NCBI GenBank assembly: GCA_964016885.1
Contig: OZ024742.1
Span: forward strand, 113,088,001-113,152,000
DNA length: 64,000 nucleotides
Source: Eledone cirrhosa
Lineage: Eukaryota
Reading direction: 5' to 3'
Of this stretch, positions 54,766 to 64,000 are shown piece by piece. The notes beneath the pieces are model-generated. The model was not told the origin of the DNA and did not search any database. It saw only the letters and a program-made list of their open reading frames with translations. The position numbers and the translations under genes were made by a program. Position 1 is the stretch's first letter, and the number at the start of each line of letters is the position of its first letter.

Positions 54766-55441
54766 TGAATTTGAGTGTAATACTGTTGATACTTTTGAAG
54801 GATATAATTGTTTTGATAATTGCATGTTGATTCAAATGTTTTAGATATATATTCAGAATCATTAAAAAAAACTGTGACAGGTGTTACTTGTTTAAAGTAA
54901 ATGATCGGCAAGTATATACGGACATTAATATAATTGTTGTTTAATGTGAAATTAATGATTTATTTTAATTTGTATATGAAATATTATAAATCAGACAGGC
55001 AAATATGTCTTTTTAATGTCTGTGCACATTACCTAGATCAATAATCTTCGCAAACATATATAACTTTACCCTTTATGTGAGGTCTTTTCGTCTTGAAGTT
55101 CTGCGGAGATTAGAAGTTGCCTAATGTAGAAACTATTTCATGAAATAAATATATTCAGTGTCATTTTCTATGTCAAATGTACAAAAGATCAAAATGAAAT
55201 TTTGTAATGTTATGATAACATAAAACTTTGTATTTTTCTCATTCCTCGATGAATATTTTATGGATATTTTGTTTCATGTAAAAATCAATGAATACCTTTT
55301 TAGAGAAGGTGTTTCCATCAGTAGGTCACTTCATTGCTTAAATCATTATATATATATTTAGGTTCACTTTTTCTACAATCACACATACATAGAATTGTAA
55401 ACACGCACGCAAACATTTATTTACACCGAAATACACACGCA

Positions 55442-55670
<229 letters not shown>

Positions 55671-57350
55671 TACACGCATGCATTTACAATTCATGCATAC
55701 TTATTATACGCATGGGTACAATTTCCACGACTACATGCATTGTTTCTTCGATAAATAGGGTGTATTTTGTAACTGAAAAGAATGATTGTCTGTGATATCA
55801 GAAATGTGAAGCAATAAATATCACTACTCAGATATATGAAATGAAATATACTAAAACAACATCAGTTTATTTGTTGGAATATTTTAATATAAAATTCAAG
55901 CAAATGCGTATGTTAAAATAAATATAATCCTTTGTTCTATAAATATAATCCTTTGTTGAAACGGTATAACTATTAAAATATGATAATCTGTATGAATGTC
56001 TTGAATCGTCGTCGTTGATAAAAACCATTTTGGAGATATTAAACTGACATGTAAAACATCAGAAAACTGACTAATGTCTACTTCACTTACTCTCTCCGGT
56101 GCAGGCGATGATAATTTGAATATATATATTTTTATGTTATATATTTAGTACATATAATATTCAACACAACTTGATTGAAAGATAAATCTCACATCTAGTT
56201 CAACTAATATCTGATATGCATAAAGTAGTGTCAGGTATTCTTATCAATGTTATGCTACTAACGTTGAATGAAAACACACACACGCATGCACACACACACA
56301 TACGCACACACACATACACAGACACACACACACCCACACACACACATATATATATATATATATGTCGGTTCCTTCACCTCCTATTCGCTACGATATCTCT
56401 CGTCTAAACCATAATGCAACCATGACACTGCATGTATAATTACACATCTGGAATTTCTTTCATGACGTAGATGTTAAATCAGCTTGTATACGGGGGTTAA
56501 ACCCTCTCGACACCCAGTAAAAGCTCATATTAATCTAACTTTTCTAGAAAAGATGTCAACCATTTACAAATATTAAATATATATAGATATATAAGGAATT
56601 ATTGATATAAAGCTAGTGTGTTTAAAAACAAACAGTAATACACAAGTTTTATTTTATCTCCTCCAGCAATTAGTAATCAGACATGTATATCCAATCAAAC
56701 AAAAGAAAATATACTTGGAGATCTATATACACGTCTTATGACGAGGATCCAATTTGATCCTAATATCGATTTAGACGTCAAATGCAGATATTTGGATTGT
56801 ACTCTTACATGGTTTATGATGGTTCTTGAAATGTACGACGTATGTCATATATACTGGCATAATGCGCATGTATTAAAACAATTACAGCATATTTTTTATG
56901 ATTTCCTTAAAAAGGTTTGACATGCTTCATTATTTGTATTTATTACTTTATGATACGTATTTCACATAGAAATTAATTTATTTAAACTGGAGTCGTGTGT
57001 AAGTGGAAAATATTCATTTATAGGAAACGCTCCTCAACAAGTTTTGCCCGGAACGGATTACATACTTTTATGTAACACAATGGAAGTACAATAAATATAA
57101 GATGATCTGTGTAATGTTCAAATATTTTACGAAATTGTTTGCACCTGGAATCTAAAGTGTATTTGTATTACCTTAAATTCGAGTTTTCTTTAAAATGTCA
57201 AGTTCCCATTTGCTAAATTGTATTTAGAATAAATAAGGTCTATATGGAATGGAAGACGGTTGAATATATGCAGACGCACAGACATGCACATACATACACA
57301 CAAAACACACACTCACACAAACACACACACACGCACATACACACACACAA

Positions 57351-57455
<105 letters not shown>

Positions 57456-58666
57456 TATATATTTAATTATAAGTTTGAAGAACAGACATACAATTTACAT
57501 AATCTTTCTTCTTAGTCCGGAGAAATTAGCTAAATAAATAATCAATTAAACGGAGCTAAGGTTGGAATTTAAATTTGAAGAAATAATAGATAACTATTTA
57601 GATATTCCCCTAGCCCTGACAGCCGGCATTTTGCATGCGCACATACCCCCCCCCCCCCCCTCACCACATACACACAACGTAATAAGAGGGAGAAATTACT
57701 CTTATACATATTCTTCTTTTTTTATTTCCTGTGGCAGAGAGGCTGAACCCGCCACACACACGCCACATTAACACATACACACACATGTGTGCATCTTTTT
57801 ATATATACACTCTCACACGTTCACAGTCACACCCTCTAAAACTGCGACAGACAGACTGAAGGCACCACACACAAACACACACCGTAAAACAACACACACA
57901 CACACTCGCATGTGTGTATCGTTTCATATATACACTCTCACACTCCCTAAAATCATATCCGACCCAATTTTCCTCTACAACCCTACTGTTGCCAATCCAC
58001 TAGAATTTGCTTGTAGCTTACAATTCCCCACTTTGCCATTCCCATCCGAACACAATTGAGATATTGTATGTGAAGGAATATAGCTACCAACACTGCTGCT
58101 GCTACTACCATTTCTCAATCTGTACGTAAGAGTTCATTTTCCAGTCTCCTTCTCAATAAGGAGATGCAAAAACTTACCTCAACACTTGATTTTAAATCTT
58201 AAATTTAACTTTTTAATATTTTTTAATTATTTTTGATTGTAATAATCAACATTTCATAATACATAATACTTCAACATTTCAAATATTTATGTATGTATGT
58301 ATTTATTTATTTTATTTTATTCTTTTATTTGTCTTGCCTCTCCTCATATCCACCCACCTCCTTATATCCCTATCTCGTTCCACGTCCTCTTCTTTAAATT
58401 TAAGTTTATCATGTTATTATTTGTGGTATATAAATGTTGAGATTTGTTGTAATAAATCACTGCCAATAATGGAATTGAACTATCAAGACCGTTGAGTTAT
58501 TTAATACATCAATACGTGTATTTTATCTGACGATGACGTATTGAAAAAACAACACAGTACCTTCGAAATATATATATTACAACATATATTTTGATTATGT
58601 GAATGTCTTCATTATTAATATTCTGAATAATATATATATGATAATATATATATACATATATATATA

Positions 58667-58715
<49 letters not shown>

Positions 58716-58716
58716 A

Positions 58717-58762
<46 letters not shown>

Positions 58763-59547
58763 ATATATATATATATAATGTATAAAAATCAATACAATAT
58801 AATTACCTCATTACCAGAGGTTTCCCGAATGAGGCGAATACGAAATAAACGACTTCATTCGTACGTCAGACGAGGCAATATAAAACATGGGCAAATACTT
58901 AGAAAAACACATCAAGGAAATCAAAAAAAGATATAGATAAATGAAATAGAAATTGAAATATATAAAAATCTATCAAGAAGTATAGTTAGGTGTGTGTATA
59001 TGTATGTATATACGCTCACAGATGTGCATATATGTATATGTGCACATGTAAATGAATAGTGAGAAAGTGTGCGTAATTCTAAAATATGTATCTATATGTC
59101 TGTATTATACAGACAGAAATGGTTACATCGTAAATATATGAATATGAAAGCACGCGCATAAAACGCTTGGACACTCGTACACTTAGAGGCAGAAAGAAAG
59201 GAGGTAAAGGGAGTGTAATAATTAAAAGAAAAGTATCAGTCTCAATATATTTATAAAAATATAATAACGATAAATTAGAAAGAAAAGATATTAGAAAGAA
59301 AAAAATGTTTACTTCCCCTTCTTTTACTTCCCTTTTTCCTCCACTAACTGATTATACTTGTCTTTTGTGTTTTTCATCCAGATATTTTTTTCATTTTTAT
59401 TTTTATTTTATTTTTGCGCAGCCTATCTTACAATTTTATATTTGTACTTATTTATCCACATTTCAATATGGCTGAACGCCTTAATGTCTGTATACTTTTT
59501 ATATATGTACATGAGTGACTACGTATGTGCGCGCGCGTGCGTGTATG

Positions 59548-59588
<41 letters not shown>

Positions 59589-60357
59589 ATATATATGTGT
59601 GTGTACAGGTGTTTGTGTGTGTGTGTATGTATATATTATGCGTATGTGTACGTGTCTTTATATCCGTGTTTTTGACATCTCGGTTTTATGTTTTGTTCCT
59701 TTTTTCTTCCCCCCCCCCCTTCCCTCTTTTTTTACTTACTCAGTTTCATACGTGGGCATGCAAACAGGTTTATATGCGTGAGTATAAGTATGTGTGTGTG
59801 TGTGTATGTACGTATCGAACGTATGGAAGTGTAAGTGCGCGTGTGTATATAAGCATAATTATTTTTATATTTCTTTTGTGAGACACGCGTGTCTGTGTAT
59901 GTATGTACCCCCCTTTTTTTGTTTTCTTTAATTTTTTTCTTTCTAATATCTTTTCTTTCTAATTTATCGTTATTATATTTTTATAAATATATCGAGACTG
60001 ATACTTTTCATTTAATTATTACACTCCCTTTACCTCCTTTTTTTCCGCATCTAAGTGTACGAGTGTCCAAGCGTTTTATGCGCGCGCTTTCATATACATA
60101 TATTTACGATGTAACCATTTCTGTCTGTATAATACAGACATATAGATACATATTTTAGAATTACGCACACTTTCTCACTATACATTTACATGTGCATATA
60201 TACATATATGCACATCTGTGAGCGTATATACATACATATACACACACCTAACTATACTTCTTGATAGATTTTTATATATTTCAATTTCTATTTCATTTAT
60301 CTATATCTTTTTTTGATTTGCTTGATGTGTTTTTCTAAGTATTTTCCCATGTTTTAT

Positions 60358-60435
60358 ATTGCCTCGTCTGACGAACGAATGAAGTCGTTTATTTCGTATT
60401 CGCCTCATTCGGGAAACCTCTGGTAATGAGGTAAT
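60358..60435 (+). ncRNA. Type I hammerhead ribozyme in the PLE pseudo-LTR
   Basis: attgcctcgt-CTGACGA-a-cgaatga...tcattcg-g-GAAAcc(tct)gGTA-atgaggtaat, with 10-bp stem I (2 G.U), 7-bp stem II and 3-bp stem III. Predicted cleavage is after A60425. Confidence 0.85.
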
Positions 60436-60654
60436 TATATTGTATTGATTTTTATACATTAAATTTTGCTCTGATACTTACATAGAGCACTCTTCATTTC
60501 TATGACCTTTTCTGTTTCCAACGGAAATTTCAATACTTATAAAGCTCCCAAGGGAATGATCGCAGCATATTCTACATCGTTATGAGATTGGCACCTTCCA
60601 GCCCTTTTTAAGTCGAGCACTCTTCAGTCATAGGATTTTAAACCAATACCGAAT

Positions 60655-62786
60655 ATGGACAAATACCCTTTGGACTACTCTGTAAAGAATATCCCAACAC
60701 CTTCTAACACTCTCTAGACGAAAATACTAATAGACAAAGTAGAGAAGGTTGTTAAAAGAATGAGATGGAAAGCTTTGATTCTCGATAGTCAATTTAACAC
60801 GGATTCTACGGAATATTTTGACATCAAAACTCACAAATACCCGCAAAGAGTAAAAGATATTACCGCCTTTGAATTAGACCTAGTTAACTTTATCAACAAC
60901 ATCAATTTTCGTAAGTACTCTAACCCCTTTCAATCTAAATTATCTAATGATATTTCTACTTTCAAATCTTCTAATAATAAGTTCATCTTCTCAGATAAAA
61001 CTAAAAACCTATATGAAGTTAATAATAATTTACACGACCAACTATTAATAGATAATATCACCTCTAAATACCAAATAGCTAATATAAATACGTACCATAA
61101 TATAAATAAGGAAGCTAAATAATTAGCTGTTTCTTTAAAAATAGATAATAGGACAGAAAAACTTGCTAAACGTTCTACGTATATCACCCTTAAAGATCAT
61201 AAACCCGACTTTATAAATCGCCCTAGTTGTAGATTAATCAAACCTGCTAAGACTGATATTGGTCTTGCCAGCAAAAATATTTTAAATAAATTAAATACAC
61301 ACATTAGAAGTAAGTCTAAATTACTCCAATGGATAAATAGCTCTTCCGCAGTACATTGGTTTAATAATATTAAAAACAAAATCAGTTCTAGATTCACCCA
61401 ATTTGACATCGTAGACTTCTACCCATCTATTACTGAGACCCTTTTAGTGAAAGCTTTAAATTTCGCTAGAGGGTTCACTAATATCTCCGATATTGAAGAG
61501 GATGTCATCTTGCATGCAAGGAACACTCTACTTTTTAATGATAATGACACTTGGGTAAAAATATCTAACCCAGAGAACCCATACGATGTCTCAATGGGCT
61601 CTTATGACAGTGCCGAGGTTTGTGATCTGGTCGGCCTATTCCTCTTACATACACTTAAAGAAAAATTTCCTAACCATATTTTTGGGCTTTATCGCGATGA
61701 TGGTCTAATACTTTCCCAAACCACCATAGGCCATAACTTAGATAGATTAAGGAAAGACTTAATAAAAACCTTCGCTAGTTTTAATCTTAAAATTACTATT
61801 GACACTAACCTTTCCAACGTAGATTTCCTAGATATAAACCTAGATGTGCCTACTGCTTCTTATAAACCATACCATAAACCTAATGAAAACTTAAAATATA
61901 TAAATAAAGGATCTTGCCATCCACCTATAGTTTTTAAAAACCTTATCCCTAATATTAGCCGTAGGATCTCCACCCTCTCTTCATCAGAAGCTATTTTTAA
62001 TAAGGCATCCCCCTACTATAATAAAGCCCTCCAAAATAGCGGCTTTAGCGAACCGATTAAATACATACCTAACTACACTAACTCTATTAAACATAAAAAT
62101 AGGAAAAGAAAAATAATCTGGTTCACACCCCCCTACTCTCTAGCAGTTAAAACTAATGTAGGCAAAACATTCCTAGAACTCCTAGATAAACATTTCCCTA
62201 GAACACTTAGATACTATAAGATCTTTAACAGAAACTGTGTTAAAATTAGCTATTCCTGCGGTCCCCCTATTAAGTCCTATATCCTCAACAAAATATCACC
62301 TAGAGAAAATCAAACTTGCTCCTGTAGAATCAAAAGTGAATGCCCATTACAAGGTAAATGCAACACCAAAGCCATTGTATATGCGGCTAAAGTGATAACC
62401 ATCAGCAACAACCATCCAGCCACCAGTGAACGATATGTGGGTATGACGCAAGACGGATTCAAAACGCGTTATTACTCACATGTCGCATCTTTTCGACATC
62501 CAGAAAAAAGATTTACAACAGCTCTGGCTAGCAGAATTTGGGATTTGAAAGACCAAGGCATCCAATATAATGGTCAATTTTGAACCAATCTAAAAAATAT
62601 GCTAGAGGAACAAGAAAATGCACGCTCTGCATAAATGAAAAATTTTGGATATTGCAAAATCTTAAATCACCAAAGACCTGCCTGAACACAAAGACGGAAA
62701 TTTTCACCAGTTGCCCACACATGAAATCACACCTGCTTTCCAGCTCATATAAACTTAACACACTTTCAGAATCTTATCCTCCATAA
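60655..62786 (+). pseudogene. PLE RT + GIY-YIG endonuclease ORF with two in-frame stops and one frameshift
   Basis: YSVKNIP, KRMRWKA, TLKDHK, FDIVDFYPSI, MGSYDSAEVCDLVG, GLYRDDGL, WFTPPYS, CSCR..CPL.G.C, AIVY..YVG, CTLC..EK, CPH. TAG at 60715, TAA at 61120, frameshift at ~62570. Confidence 0.92.
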
Positions 62787-63169
62787 ACTCTTATTATTCT
62801 CTTTTTAATTACCCTTTCTGACTTACTTTCATTTTTATCCTTGTCAATAATTTCATTTATTTTCACTTTTATTTATTTTTACTTCACACCCCGTCCCCCC
62901 CTTTATTCTCCGATCCACTTCCTATTTTCTATTTTTTACTTCCCCTTCTTTTACTTCCCTTTTTGCCCCACTAACTGATTACACTTGTCTTTTGTGTTTT
63001 TCAATACAGATATATTTTTCATTTTTATTTTATTTTTGCGCAGCCTATCTTGCAATTTTATATTTGTACTTATTTATCCACATTTCAATATGGCTGAACG
63101 CCTTAATGTGTGTATACTTTTTATATATGTACATGAGTGACTACGTATGTGCGCGCGGGTGCGTGTATG

Positions 63170-63208
<39 letters not shown>

Positions 63209-64000
63209 ATATATATGTGTGTGTACAGGTGTTTGTGTGTGTGTGTATGTATATATTATGCGTATGTGTACGTGTCTTTATATCCGTGTTTTTGACATCT
63301 CGGTTTTATGTTTTGTACCTTTTTTCTCCCCCCCCCCCTTCCCTCTTTTTTTACTTACTCAGTTTCATATGTGGGCATGCAAACAGGTTATATGCGTGAG
63401 TATAAGTATGTGTGTGTGTGTATGTGTGTATGTACGTATCGAACGTATGGAAGTGTAAGTGCGCGTGTGTATATAAGCATAATTATTTTTATATTTCTTT
63501 TGTGAGACACGCGTGTCTGTGTATGTATGTACCCCCCTTTTTTTGTTTTCTTTAATTTTTTCTTTCTAATATCTTTTCTTTCTAATTTATCGTTATTATA
63601 TTTTTATAAATATATCGAGACTGATACTTTTCATTTAATTATTACACTCCCTTTACCTCCTTTTTTTCCGCATCTAAGTGTACGAGTGTCCAAGCGTTTT
63701 ATGCGCGCGCTTTCATATTCATATATTTACGATGTAACCATTTCTGTCTGTATAATACAGACATATAGATACATATTTTAGAATTACGCACACTTTCTCA
63801 CTATACATGTTGTTTCTATTTAGCTGCTATTTTTAGTAACGAGATAGACAACACGTCTATGTTTTTCCCGATTTCACCTCGGGTAGTTCACGTACAGGTC
63901 ATTTTTCGGCCTTTTTGATCTGTGCTAGCTGGCAGATAACAATATATTTTATCGTTCCTGGGTCTTTAGCCCTAGGAAAGGAAAATGCTTCTCTGATGAG

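Larger units (their letters stand above)
58776..63808 (+). mobile_element. Near full-length Penelope-like element (Naiad-like) with upstream pseudo-LTR and inverted pseudo-LTR
   Basis: Inverted arm 58776-59306 is the reverse complement of 59931-60461. Direct repeat 59308-60185 matches 62935-63808. ORF lies between them. Confidence 0.92.

Noticed and set aside
58527-58585. CTGACGA..gtattg..cagtac..GAAA possible hammerhead
   Set aside because: Stem II is imperfect and stem I is unsupported. At best a decayed PLE ribozyme.
60655-62786. Selenocysteine read-through, as reported for some Naiad PLEs
   Set aside because: The in-frame stops are TAG and TAA, not TGA. The TGA at 62581 follows a frameshift.
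59308-63808. LTR retrotransposon
   Set aside because: No gag, protease or integrase, and no TG..CA ends. The ORF is a PLE RT + GIY-YIG, so the repeats are pseudo-LTRs.

Overview
AT-rich, microsatellite-dense animal genomic DNA. The SINE family and repeat landscape suggest a mollusc or cephalopod, which is an inference. No host gene can be called with confidence. The window is almost entirely retroelements: a head-to-tail stack of three Tx1/L1-clade LINEs joined by (ATT)n, an intact R4/Dong-like REL-endonuclease LINE in a TA/TATG microsatellite, RTE LINEs (one long disrupted copy, a mini-derivative and relics), several Penelope-like elements (PLEs) with fold-back ends and hammerhead ribozymes, and about 8 tRNA-derived SINE copies. 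The standout is a 3.8-kb non-coding array of near-identical 310-bp units at 30701-34485. Each unit carries a complete type I hammerhead ribozyme (12 copies), a non-LTR retrozyme-like, circRNA-type architecture. The array is a giant head-to-head palindrome with a 3-nt spacer and lies between PLE fragments. Most ORFs in the supplied track are microsatellite artefacts.
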